Shown: one piece after another, positions 51,801-64,000 of the stretch | Position numbering within the stretch: position 1 is the stretch's first letter | Layout: each line of letters opens with the position of its first letter | NCBI GenBank assembly: GCA_049999805.1 | Contig: JBNGIO010005933.1 | Coordinates: forward strand, 1 to 64,000 | DNA: 64,000 nt | Direction of reading: 5' to 3' | Source: Folioceros fuciformis | Taxonomy: Eukaryota | Program-made: the position numbers and the translations under genes | Notes under the pieces: model-generated | The model's database searches: none | What the model saw: only the letters and a program-made list of their open reading frames with translations | What the model was told of the DNA's origin: nothing

Positions 51801-54800
51801 AGGGTAGATCAGTCTCTTTCTAGCTCCTGGATTTTTTACATGGAGCAAAGTCTCGTGGGCCATTTACTTGATGCAACTGGTTGGATTGAAACTCCAAGTC
51901 GGGACTCCCGTTATCTGTCATTAATTAAAGCAGTCTTCACTGTTATGCTAAAGCACAGGTTTGCTGAGGTCTCAAGTATGAAAGCTCTAAGGTGCCTCAG
52001 TGCTTCACTGTTGCATGTAGCTGGTGGCCAGCCATCTGATGCCGTGGCTAATCTTGGTGCAGAGCTGTTGGATCTGGTTGTGTCTCATTCACAATTTGTA
52101 CCTTGTCTGATCCGTGGAGAAACAAAAAATGCTCTGCCTACTGAGTTTCGAGGCCATTCTACTCGGGGCACGTTTTTCAGCTCGCTTCCATTTCTGTTGG
52201 CTCTGGTTGAAACCCCCTCTCAGGAAAGGGATCGACCTTCAAGGCCTCCCAAAGCGAGTTTGAGACACACCAAACTTGGTGACCAAGGATGGGACATCTT
52301 GTCTCATGTGGCCAGTGGCCAGAGTGCTCAGATCAGGCTGGAGATGGTGAGGCTACTTAGAGTACTTTTTGCTTTGAAAATGCATCCAGGCAATGTCCCC
52401 AAAGTTGAAGGTGACACAGTCATGTTTCGTGATGTGTTATCCCTGCTCCTTGCCGTGTACGGAGCTACTATGAGCCCAGTGGACCAAGAGATCTTCAACC
52501 TAATGCATGAGATAGAAGTATATGGCGGTGCTGGTTTCTTTGGTTTGTCAGGAATGAATTACAGTTGGGGAGAGGCAGCTGGCAAGAGAAGAAAGCTGCA
52601 TGTAGATGGGAGACAGTCTGGTTCTGCGGAGACTATCATGGGAGAAGATGTTGGATTTGAGTTCAGCAGAAGAATTTTCAAGGAGGACATGGAGATCGAT
52701 CCAAAACGTTGCGGATTAACTGTCTGGTGTTTTCCAGTGGAAAGAAAGATATGGACTGCTGCGAGTGGGGGGAAGATACTGGAGAAGTTAACAGATGTAC
52801 ATGCAGCATGACCTTGCCTAGCACCGATTTTTCCTGTTCCTAGGGATTTCGGAAAAACTTTTATATTGAGTAGCTTTTCAACTTTGTGGACTTGCAGGGG
52901 TTCTTGGATTTGAGGTCTGATGTGCCGAGCTCGAGTGAAGCTGCGTATGATCCAGCATTCATCCTTCCATTCTGCAAGAACGCAGTGAGTAAGGGTTATC
53001 TGGCCGCTGAAGAGGTTGTGCGGCTGGGCCTGCTTGCTCTATGCCTTGCAAGCATCAGCTCAGCAGATGATGGTATGAGGAAGCTGGGTTATGAGGTCCT
53101 CATGAAGTTCATGGAAATTTTGGAGGTACCGTCCTTTCCACTGGTTGTTCTGTTTTTCCATTTGTTAGAAATTTGTTGGTAGTGTTATAATATTATGCTG
53201 TGGTACTCTGCAGGCAGGGCCCAGATTCAAAGGGAGTCAGCAGATTCATGTTTTGCTCACTTCTGTGAAGAATGCAATCACAGAACCTTGGCAAAGGATT
53301 CCCTTTGTATCAGCTGCTTTCGCTGCAGAAGCCTCCTGTGTATTGATGCATCCAGAAAGTCTGCATTATTTGACGGTCAACCGTTGCCTGCTTCAGAGGC
53401 CAAGTCTAGATATTGAGGTTTCTTCCTGAATTTTCCTGAAGAATGTGTTTGTTGAACATGTATTGTTGTTGTCCTGAACAACATGAATTGCATGGTGTTG
53501 CAGCGCATCCCCTTGTTTCACACAATGCTCAGCAGTGGCGAAGCACAATACCGCAGTGACCGTGCTTGGATTTTACGGCTGCTAGCAGCTGGTTTAGTTT
53601 CTTCTCTGGATGCACAGATCTATCGCCGCAAATTCGTTCTGGAAATCTTAATGAGTCTCTACTCCTCACCATTGTCAGACCTCTTCACTAGCAAATGGGT
53701 GTTGGAGGTAAGAAAATAGCATTGTTTGCTTGGTGTTGCAAATTAATGTCTGAATCCTTTTTTGTGTGTCGCCCTTACAGTCACATTGTGCAGGTCCTCC
53801 GAAAAGCATCAAGAATACCATCAAGTGCTCGTCACCTTGTGGAACATTTGGGTATACTTTCGTGGCTCACTTCTGCTGCAATCAGTAGTAGTGACCTATG
53901 CCTCGGGGGGCAGGAGCAACAATTTCATGACGTCCCTACCACATGTTTAGAGGTGAATGTCTACTTGAGGTGACGAGTCTTGGACTCTTACTGAAGCTGG
54001 ACCTGACCTTCTGACCTATACATGAATTTACAGGTGTTGGAAAATGTGTTACGCTGGAAAAGGGTGAGAGACTTTGGAGCATCGGAAGGGTTTGATGAGC
54101 TGTTGAAGGTTGCTTTGCAATTACACGGGCATATAGCAAACACACTGGAGAATCCGCAGCAAATCGGGGTTTTCAAACAACCTACGATCCGGATATTGGC
54201 ACTCGTCATCAACTTGAGCCAACGAAGAAAAAAGCATCAGACCGGGGTTAGCGTTTCCCTGAAGTTTCTAGCAGAGATCATACACTGGGTGGAAAAAGAT
54301 GATCTAGATGGCAGTGAATCTAGAGAAGAAACCCGGATGCAGGCACTCTTGTTGCTCCTACATAGCCGACCTCCCCCAACTTTAGGCAATGAGGTTGTGT
54401 CCTGTTTGTTTCGTTATGTAGCTACAGTACTCAGTTGTCTGATCGATGGATGCTTAACCTGTCTGCTTAATTCTGAGCGTGTGATTGCAGGAGATGGTAA
54501 TGCTTCTGGAGGTGGCGAGGTGGGCAGTTAGAATTGCTTTAAGACGATCGCCCAGCAATAAAGGTTCCCCTCTATCCAAGGATGAGTGGGATAAAGAAAG
54601 CATTCCACACAAGCTCTTGCGGTGGGTCTCAGCATCACTGGTGCTCGGTCTGCATACCAGGAGCGCCTTTCCAGCTGGAACATATAACAGTTTCTGGTGT
54701 CTCTGCTCCAACTACAGCTGCAACGTTTCATCCGCAGCAACGTGCTCCGAGCTGACAGGTTTGCTGGTAATGCTGCATGGCCACATAGTAGCAGAATCGT

Positions 54801-55470
54801 CCACTGTATCAGCAGAGTTTGTTGTAGATGCCTTGGTAATTCTATTATGTAGCCAAGGTATCCTTCAATCAGCTTCAAGAATAAGAGGTGAGGCAGCACC
54901 TCCGGTAACTTTTGTGTTGTACTTATCTGTCGATCATGAGGACGGACTGACTTCTCATTCGACTCTATGACCAGGTCCTTCTTGGCAGTCTCAAGCCATT
55001 CAGCAAACCCTGGAACTGATACTGAAAGACCTTCCCTGTCCAGCGGAAGTGGCTCCTTCCTGGCACTGGTAATTGAAACTTTTAGTTGCTTGCAGTCATA
55101 ATGTTGTCATGTGTTGAACCAACGTGACTTTCACCTCTGTCTCTACAGGTCCTTTTTCAGGCAGCAGAGCTTAGAACCTGAAAGTGAGACGGAGGCGTAT
55201 GATGTGGATATTCAATCAATGTACTTTTTCAAATTGCGGAATATCTTATCAGTCATATGTCAACAGCTACTGGCGGGCGGATCCATGGAATTCAAGGGCT
55301 GCGTGGTGCAGAGGTGGAAGAAAGGTTTGGAAGCCAACCATCCGACCACCTTCAGTAGATGCGAGCTCCAGCAACGAGTGAATGCTTTCCGATCTAAGCT
55401 GATGGCTGCACTAGCTGCTGCTACGGGAGAGAAGCTGTCGGTGAACAGCCGGAGTCGATGTATAACATAG
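45875..55470 (+). CDS. URB1: Nucleolar pre-ribosomal-associated protein 1 (URB1/Npa1), large multi-exon gene
   Basis: YVLASPNCSEL, RQNAALVLL, TRVAFVDFAMSFL, YGATMSPVDQEIF, YDPAFILPF, GLLALCLASISS, IPLFHTML..DRAWILRLL, all characteristic of Npa1/NopRA1. Start codon and some exon borders approximate. Confidence 0.85.
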
Positions 55471-56023
55471 CAAAGGGTACGTAGATATCCACGAGGAAGG
55501 TGAGAAATGCGCATCGTCAATGAGCCTTTCTCAACAGTGGCTTGGTACGCTCCTTTTATGCCCAGGTTCTCTTCCATTATGGATTGCGACCACTCGCATG
55601 GCCCGAATCAGGGTAGGCGAGATACGTACCGTCCATTCCCTATTCAATGGCCAGAGAATGGAAATGGACGAGTCCAAACATGGTGCTTTCTTGAAAACTG
55701 ATACTACTTGAATGTTTCTCACCTTGGGCAGCTATGCAACCAGTGTGGGCGTCCAAATGGCTTAGGGCAGATGAGCACACGTGCATTGAGAAAATCTCGA
55801 ACTTAGGCGCTGAACAGAATAACAGGAACCCTTCGACCTCAGTAGACTTCCGACTGAATGTGTGTATTAATTTACGTACCGTACTACCGGAACCTGAGGA
55901 GACTGATGAAATTTTATTGTCGTTCATCTGAGTGCAGCTTGGGCAGCTAGTGGGGCACCGGGGGGAAGATTGCCATCGGATCCGGACTCCGTTGACAGTT
56001 TCTGAAAACCTGTTTATATGACC

Positions 56024-59000
56024 TCAAAACCCTGCTTCATATGACCTCTTACAGTTCAGCGACACCGTCACCAGCAGAGCGTATACTGCCACGATGGTGA
56101 CACTGAAAATTCCCAGGTTTTCCAACATTGGACCCTCGATGTTCAACTCTTCACATGCCACTAGGATGGACACCACCGCGCCATGACTGGGGACGGAGGC
56201 AGATAAGTACCTCCGAATTACATTGTGCTCGCCTGTCCACCCATCTTTAACCTCGCACTGCCATTCCGACTGCCTTGCAGTAGGAGTGGGCTTGCTCTGA
56301 TTAGCAGGCGGCCCAGCACTCTGAAAATGCTGAATGGTGTCCTTGAGTGCGAGGGTGATGACATTTTTGTAAGGTCCGAGGTTGAAGAAAGCCACGATAA
56401 TTTCACCTGCGCATACCAGCCGCTGTCAGGTCACATTTTACAGAAATTGAAAAGACTATTAACTATGTTCAATCTTGCGCGATGATCCACCTTGTGATCC
56501 ACGAGCAACCCACACACGATANNNNNNNNNNNNNNNNNNNNNNNNNNNNNNNNNNNNNNNNNNNNNNNNNNNNNNNNNNNNNNNNNNNNNNNNNNNNNNN
56601 NNNNNNNNNNNNNNNNNNNNNGAGGTGGTTAGGAAGGTAGTTGTGTACCTGGCTTGCCTTGCCCACACACTTAGTCAGTGGTCCATGTGAGAAGTGTGCT
56701 GTCGAGCCATGCTCGGTAATGGCTGCAGCATCTAGGCACACATCTGGGGTTCCTGATGTCCAGATGTCACCAACCTCCAGGATGTGGCTGGTGGTACTGC
56801 ACAACCCACCTTTAAGTGCATCTGACTTGAAAAGTTAGGAGCAAATAATCTGTCGGTCTCTGAAGTACAAGTCTTACTCATCTGATAGTTGGCCAGGAGT
56901 TGCTGCTGGTGGATTCGCCACTGACGGCCTCCAGTTTAAACAGCCTACAGGTGTCTTCTCTGATGGAGGACTGTTCCAACAGACCCGGTCCTCTTCTATC
57001 GCAAGATTACTTCTACGTCTGACCCAGCTTGTTTCTCCAGTCAGATGACAGGCTGCCAACTGCCAGCTTGTCCTTCCTGGAGTAGAGCTGAAAAGCTGCA
57101 GAGCCCCCGGCACCACATTGTTGCGTCCGAGCTTCACTGTTTGCTCATCACATAAGAGAAAGTTTCAGGGGCCTCACCTCACGGTTCTCAGCGCTGTTTG
57201 CATTGATTTCCAACATTACAGGATTTGTGAGTATCTCAAATGTCCACTGATCGAGGGAAAGCATGTCACCCCCAAACATGAGAGGGGATCTTGCTATTGC
57301 CCACAGGGTCATCTGTAACCACCAAGCAAAACGGGCATCTGGGGCCATCAGCATAGCTGGTGGCCTACTGTTATAGCAAGAATTTATTTGAATACCTGAG
57401 TTATTTGTTCGTCCCTGGTGAGACCACTAGATCTGTGTGGGCCTGCATCCGCCCCTATCAGCAAGCAGATCAACTAGTCAAGAACATGGGCCTTCAATGT
57501 CACACGACAAGCAATAAACAATATCTTTAGGCCTTCTTTACCAGGATCAGTAAGCTGGCCCAATGGCAGCATGTCAAGATCAGGCCAAGACTTTCCACCA
57601 TGCAGACCAGATGCTCCTATTAATCCAGCTGCTGCATAGTCTCTGTAACAAGTCCTCCCTTCAATAAGAAATAGATAACACACGTCCCAGCCATCACCGC
57701 GAGCAACAGCAACACAAAAACAGGCAAATTAATACTATGTAAGCACCTGGCCACATTAAAATGTGATTCCAAATGGGGCCAGATGTCCCAGTCATCACTA
57801 GTGACGCGGTACATATTGGTGATATTGAAGATGGTCCATGCCAGGTCTGCAGATGCTCTGGATCCTGGTGACAAGGAGTACACCATAGGTCGGCCTGTCT
57901 CAACAATGGCCTACAGGAATCCGGAGGCGTTAACAAATAAGCTGCTAAGAAGCTTGCCAAGAAAGCCTTGCAGTCGCAAAATGGTGGAAAAGGGATTCTG
58001 CAGTTTATCTGAGAGTGGTAAAACTACCAAACTAGAAGTAACAACTGCTGACCTGCGATACAGCAGCGATTTCATCAAAACGATAGTCATCTCCAAAAAT
58101 GCAGTCGTGCTTTACTGCATATCCTCGCACAAAACAGTGCATGAAATCAAGATAATGAAGGAAAGCAGGCAAGAGAGTAGCTGGCAAGAGCAGGCAGAAC
58201 CAGTGGTGAACTGACCAGTGTCAACGCTCATGCTATTCACAAAGCTTACTAAAGCATATGGGGAGCGAGGCCGTACTGAAATCAACTCCCCAGCTGGCGT
58301 ACTGTTGGTACAGAGAGTTAATAAACGCTAAGCCACCTTCGGTACTGACATTCACGCCCAGAAAGCATCCTTGCATCCACCCACAGTCTGTCCCGTTGAC
58401 AAAAATGTCTGCAGCAGTCCACTTTCGTCCTTCTGAGCCTCCTGAACGTTCCTGTATCCACAGGACCAGCACTGCTCGACATTGAAGGTGTCCCAAGGAA
58501 CTATTGATGCTATTCTGGGAAGCTCGACCTACAAGAGAAAGTCAGGAAAGGACCTTATCTTGCAGAATGGGGCTACGAGCTGCAATAGCAGCCGAGCTTA
58601 TTCCACGCATGACGTGTATCCCAAACTTGAGGCCCATGGCGTGCACCTTCTCTGCAACTGGCGCGAACCCTTTACCATCTTTACTAGATGGCCAACGCCC
58701 TGGATCTGGTATGGGTCTTCCCCACTCATCGATGACATCAAAGCCAGGGGACCACACAGAGGCACCTGGGACATGCCGTCTATACCACAGAAAGTCCACC
58801 ACCACGTACTGTAACACGTTACAGGGAGGGGATTTTCAGACGCATTTGATCAAGCAACGGCCCAGGACCGCTCCAGCACCTTTCAATTGGAAAAGCTTAT
58901 TACAAGGTGACTACTTCGTAGAAAACATCAGAATGAGGCTAGTTGCCAACCTCGTAGCCAAACGGGAGAAGACGTTCGGCGACTTTCTGTGCATTGTTCA

Positions 59001-59339
59001 GAAACTCCTCTTCGGAAACAATCCATGAATATGAGTCGTAAGAATTCCAGCCTCGGGGAGGAGATAGAGACACCCCTGCAGGATTTGTGGTGCTTGCTGC
59101 AGACTTGATCCTGAAGCCACGATTAAACATTAGCCAAGGATCCGAATAGCAATAGCACGTCACTCAAGAACAGCTGGCAGTTTCGTTCAAAGACGACTCG
59201 ACCTCTGGAATAGGAACCAGACCAACACAAGAAAATCCAAAGATCACCAGCGGATTGTTCACCTGATCACCGTTAAGATCAAGAAAGCCTGCACAGGAAA
59301 CCGAACCCATAGCCAACACCAGCCGCTCAAACTCGACAT
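56024..59339 (-). CDS. Glycoside hydrolase family 27 alpha-galactosidase (melibiase-like), multi-exon; assembly gap inside
   Basis: PPRGWNSYDSY, YVVVDFLWY, MGLKFGIHVMRG, WGVDF, MYRVTSDDWD, WPDLDMLPLG, MTLWAIARSPLMFGGD; start codon approximate. Confidence 0.9.
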
Positions 59340-60584
59340 TGTCAAAAATAAACATCTACTCCTCCTGCGACACCAACGGAGTACACTTGCCCAAGCTATC
59401 CGACAGTTTGTGAATCACAACAAATCCACTTCCATCGTACGGTGCAGCTTCTCAGCAGCGATTCCTGACGGACCTTGACATCTTGGACGGCTTCAGCCTG
59501 AAAGCACTGACAGGACCCTTCTTTGTGGAGGCCACATCGGCATGCAGTGGAGAGAGGATATCTCTTCCTACATCATGACGCAGTGGCCCGTGCTGAGTTC
59601 GCAAAGCGAGGATACATATAACCATAAACGCTTCCCGGTGTGAATGAGCGTGATTAAAGGTCCTGATATGAGCAAGCGTTCTCCGATCAGAGCAACACCT
59701 CGCTTGCGCTTCTGAAGGAGAGGACCCGATTGTAAGCGGGGACAATCGAAGATGCAAAAATCTCAGTGTTGAGGCGGGAAAGAAAATCAAAACTACAAGA
59801 TCAGCGATCACTTCGGGATTAGAGCAGTGAGCTTGTTCTTTCGCATGTTGGATTGGATGTGAAAGCCACATCTGTCTGCCAAATGGATTTTGCGTGGGAG
59901 GGATAGCAAAGTTGAGGCCGCTGCCTCCTTCCAATCCTCCCAACAGTGTGCCAATATTCTGTACAGTATTTTGATCCAAGGGTTTGAGAAGGCGTGAATC
60001 CTGGAGGCCGATCCTGGAGGGTAGCACCATATATGATACGATGTTCGTCAACAGCAACTAGGAAGCCCGGTCCTTGAAATGCTGGACTAAACGGCACGAT
60101 GGTTTATTGCACTACGGTCTTAAGAGATCGAGCAGGACAGGCAACGGAGCCACAATGTCGGTTGCTTCGCACAATGTCATGGGAAGAGGAAAGGTTCTTC
60201 CTAAAAAGTTCACGATCTGTTTAGACGGTGTGGATCGTGTGGTTTCCGGCCATGCCAGAAGGTATGTACGTCCGAATCAGATTGTGGAGGCAGTGAGATT
60301 CGCGTGAGCATCTCCAGCGGCAGAATGCATCTGCCAGTCAAACAAGGGTTCTCTGATCTCCACGGGCACACTGTGAAGGGGAAAGCCCAGAGAGGCACGG
60401 CCAGGGTGCTGGTTGGGCGGCGGCAAACCTCGTCACTGTGCCAAGCTTTGGCTCGAGAGTAAACTTCGCACGAGGGCCGTTAAAAAGGGACTAGTTCAGC
60501 TGAGGTTTGTTTCGGTTGCAGAGAATCTCGCATCTCATGCGTCCAACACTCCTCAGCAGCTCAGATCTGGGAGGATTGACGGGG

Positions 60585-61569
60585 ATGTCGGCTCACAGGG
60601 ATGGAGACCCTCGGGTGCCTAATATCGGGGCTGCTATTCGCGCTATCCCTGACTTCCCGAAGCCTGGTATGCTCTGCCCCGTGGGCGTCGCATTGCACTG
60701 CACTGCACTGCATGAGACACCCTGTATGATGAGCTGTGTGTGTGTGTGTTTGTGGCCTCCCAGGTATCAACTTTCGGGACATCACCACTCTGCTCCTCGA
60801 TCACAAGGCCTTTCAGGACACCATTGATCTTTTTGTGGAGCGCTACAAGGACCAGAAGATTGACGTGGTTGCCGGTACGATGTCAGGGCCCCTTCCCGCT
60901 TGATCGTGATTGCTGTGTGCACGTATCTCAGATTTGATGTGTTTGGTGTTGCAGGTGTGGAGGCCCGGGGTTTCATCTTCGGGCCTCCTGTTGCGCTCGC
61001 CATCGGCGCCAAATTTGTGCCGCTGAGGAAGCCTAAAAAGTTACCAGGTAGTTTGGATTGAAGATGCGCTGCGGAGTACGAATATTATTGAGGACAGGGG
61101 TAGGTGGACTAACTTCCAAGCCACGTTTGATGGGCAGGGGAAGTCATTGGAGAGGACTATGTCTTGGAGTACGGTACGGACAGGATAGAAATGCATGTGG
61201 GTGCAGTTCAGCCGGGTGAACGGGCTGTCATCATGGATGACCTGATTGCAACGGGGGGAACCCTTGGAGCCTCCATCAAGCTTCTCAGTCAGTAGCTTGG
61301 CTACTTGTGCATGGCAGCAAATCTTTTCTAAGTTCCCCCCTCCTGACAAGTAGCCTGGCTGGTGCACAGGGAGAGCAGGGGCTGAAGTGGTGGAGTGCGC
61401 TTGTGTCGTGGAGCTGAACGATTTGAAGGTAGTGGAAGGACAGTCCTCCAGTCTTCCAACTAGGTTTTAGGCTGCCGAATCTGAGATCATGCTGCTTCTT
61501 TTCTTGCAGGGTCGTGAGAGACTCGGGGATGTGCCTCTGTTCATCCTGGTTGAGTACGAAGGTGAATAG
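60585..61569 (+). CDS. APT: Adenine phosphoribosyltransferase, multi-exon
   Basis: [58 protein letters not shown]; in-frame upstream ATG at 60537. Confidence 0.95.
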
Positions 61570-62061
61570 AGGGCAAAACGGAGATGGCCATGGGGGCACA
61601 ATCGAGTATTTCGAAACAGCAGCTTAGCACCGCCTCCTCTTCTCTCCTCGGTTCTTCTTCCGTAGTGTGCGATCATCCAACAGCCCAATGGAATCCACAC
61701 GTGTTGCCAACATTGTACCACGAACATTTTTTCAGCATGAGCAAGGAAGCTCTGCCCAATTGAAACAGTGTCATCCGGTTCGTCACTTCCGAAGACGAAT
61801 CAACTGGGCATGTNNNNNNNNNNAGTGTCATCCGGTTCGTCACTTCCGAAGACGAATCAACTGGGCATGTTTCCTCTACACGCCTCGCTTGTGCCTTCGC
61901 GGCATCTACCGGAGACGAAACAAAGCAGTATAAAGCTCCAAGAAGGTAGTAAACCACGCGTCGGGTTGTTCGCTCCGCGGCATGGAATGACGGACCATAC
62001 CTAAGACAGTTCCCCAGGCGTGTGATTTGCATCTGTGTCTAGCGCCAAACTGCTAGAGGGG

Positions 62062-62292
62062 ATGGAGCCCGGTATGAAGAGGCTGATATTCCTGTATCGG
62101 CTAAGTCTAGGGGCAGCAGCAACGCTGGTGCTGGGTGTAACGACTTACGACATCCACCGCTCCATACAAAACAACCGGAAACCTCCCACCAAAGAACAGT
62201 TGGCTGCGCTCTCTGCTCGAATCGAGGAATCCCGACAGTCCTCCACGTTGCCACCGGGCCAGGAAAACGGCGATGAGTCTGTGCAGCACTGA
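62062..62292 (+). CDS. Small single-pass membrane protein of unknown function
   Basis: Hydrophobic LSLGAAATLVLGV followed by DIHRSIQNNRKPPTKEQ, resembling a conserved small plant protein family. Confidence 0.55.
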   Translation: MEPGMKRLIFLYRLSLGAAATLVLGVTTYDIHRSIQNNRKPPTKEQLAALSARIEESRQSSTLPPGQENGDESVQH

Positions 62293-63199
62293 AGGATGTG
62301 GGTTTTGGTGCAGCGTGGTTGAGCTGATCACGTGTTGCAGCGCCGCCCCCAGGAACCTGGTTGCAGCGATTTGACTCCATTGGTGTGGCTACTGTCGTTT
62401 CCGAGCAACTGTAATCCCTGGATTGCCCATCTCCTTTTCTGCCTTTTGCCTCTCTCAGCGAGTTAGCAGCAGAGCTGTGGGTGCTTACTGCTGCTTTTTT
62501 TGATGCAGGTGACCATCCATTCTGTCAAGACCAACGAATGGCACTGGAGGGAGAGCTTTCCTGTGGGTCTCGTTCAACGTACACTCTCTGCACCATAGGG
62601 AACGACTGGGGAGCAATGTAACCTGCATCCATGAGGATGACTGCTGATGTACACTGATGATACATTTTTATCACCAATAGAACGAGAGGAAGGTAATGGT
62701 AGGGTGACCCTTCCGTTTTCTCGGGGTGTCATACTTCCAAGGGTTCGCAAAGTGGAGGAACAGGAGCACGGGCTTGAGGCTGTGAAGAAACTTGACAGCG
62801 GAAACTAGGGTACTCTGAAGAGTGACGTCCTCGACAGTATGTACCGGATGTCACTTCGAAGGATGCCTCCTATGTCATTTCGACACAGCAGGGTATCGTT
62901 TCTACTTCAACTCCAAGCTCCTGCATTCGCATGTTGTTGAAGATGGTTTAGAGTCCGATATTTTTTGGCAAGTACTGTCATCAAAGCGGTGGTGAAGTGT
63001 AGGGAGTGTTGAAGCTGCCTCGGTTTGTTTCAGGGTTGACCAAACCGGACAGTTTTCTCTCGGCCTTGAGTCATAACAGGATCTAGGCAGGATCTGTTAG
63101 AAAGCTCTGAGAATGTCTGTGCAGTCGAGCATGTACACTAGGACATATAGGGCTTGGAGATTTTGTGAGCGAGAGGGGGGATTGGTAGGGGCGATTGAT

Positions 63200-63720
63200 C
63201 AGTTGTTTCGCTAGGTAGCTCTCTCATTAAAGATTGAATTGCACAACAAAAGATTTTCATGGCAGTATATGCGTTACAACACAGGGTTGAGCAGGTTGTT
63301 GCAAGTATATGAAGAAATGAGGCACAAGGAATCAGTTTCACTTGTTCGACCCTTCTTTCGGTGCTTAAAGGCTGTGACTCTATAGCTGACTTGGAAGGAG
63401 GCATTAACCGACGACAATCCATGAAAGAAGCCTCCCTGTGGCAGTCCAAAATGGTTCGCTCTCATATGCACCATGGGAGCCTCGTGAATACGTACCACGT
63501 TTTTTTTGCAGTATCTCATAGCGGCCTCTGGTGGTGTGGAATGCAATGTGCTCCGTTGGGCTTCAATGAGAAAGTGCTGGAGCTCTATGCAGATATGCCT
63601 TCATATGGTGAGGCACCTGATGACTGGACGTTCGCCAGCTTTTCCATTGCATGCAGTAGCTTTGCAAATACAGCGAATGGCACACTCGTGGACGGGACAA
63701 ACAATCAAATTCCAGTGTTG
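63200..63720 (+). pseudogene. Degenerate PPR fragment
   Basis: VLKGCDSIADLEGG, GFNEKVLELYADM..PDDWTFASFSIACSSFA; disrupted reading frame. Confidence 0.55.
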
Positions 63721-64000
63721 ACAGAGGTGGAAGGATATGCACTGTGGAATCTTTCAATAAGGATCACATTGCTGGCCCGGTTGTTGGCATCTCTCTTCTC
63801 AACATGGATGCAAGCTGCTGAAGCTTGCTGGACGTCCGTCTTCTATTTGAGTCGTTGTTGAACGTGGTTTCGTGCACTACAATGCTGGCCGGTCATGCCC
63901 GGTAGCCGCAAATTGAGGCGGATGATTGTGGAATGGATTGGTGGATGTGCTCAGCAGGATGAAGTTTGAACTCAGCATTCGGTCGCGCCGAAGTGTGCAG

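Noticed and set aside
59452-60400. 201-aa minus-strand ORF and neighbours between GH27 and APT
   Set aside because: No recognisable homology; frames are interrupted by stops.

Overview
Eukaryotic land-plant nuclear DNA from a gapped draft assembly. It is gene-dense and GC-balanced with short GT-AG introns, and a non-seed plant such as a hornwort is my inference. The right half (~31-64 kb) holds ordinary housekeeping genes: RSZ splicing factor, Ycf20-like, HCT-like BAHD acyltransferase, secreted alpha/beta hydrolase, ATP synthase d, mitochondrial RPS9, URB1/Npa1, GH27 alpha-galactosidase, APT and a small membrane protein. The left half (~1-30.7 kb) is a rapidly turning-over cluster of at least four minus-strand copies of a TORNADO1-like ROCO gene (LRR-Roc GTPase-COR), interleaved with PPR fragments and copia retroelements. 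The most complete copy (29986->25804, one 85-bp intron) ends in a protease domain with canonical caspase (C14A-type) signatures rather than metacaspase ones: NAHG, KPK-NACRG, DFL-ST-PG-SFR, and both Asp-pocket arginines. Exposed LRR positions are hypervariable between paralogs. Together this suggests an NLR-like sensor-switch-caspase receptor family. Caveat: every copy seen in full here carries a lesion, and the only undisrupted ORF runs off the left edge of the window.
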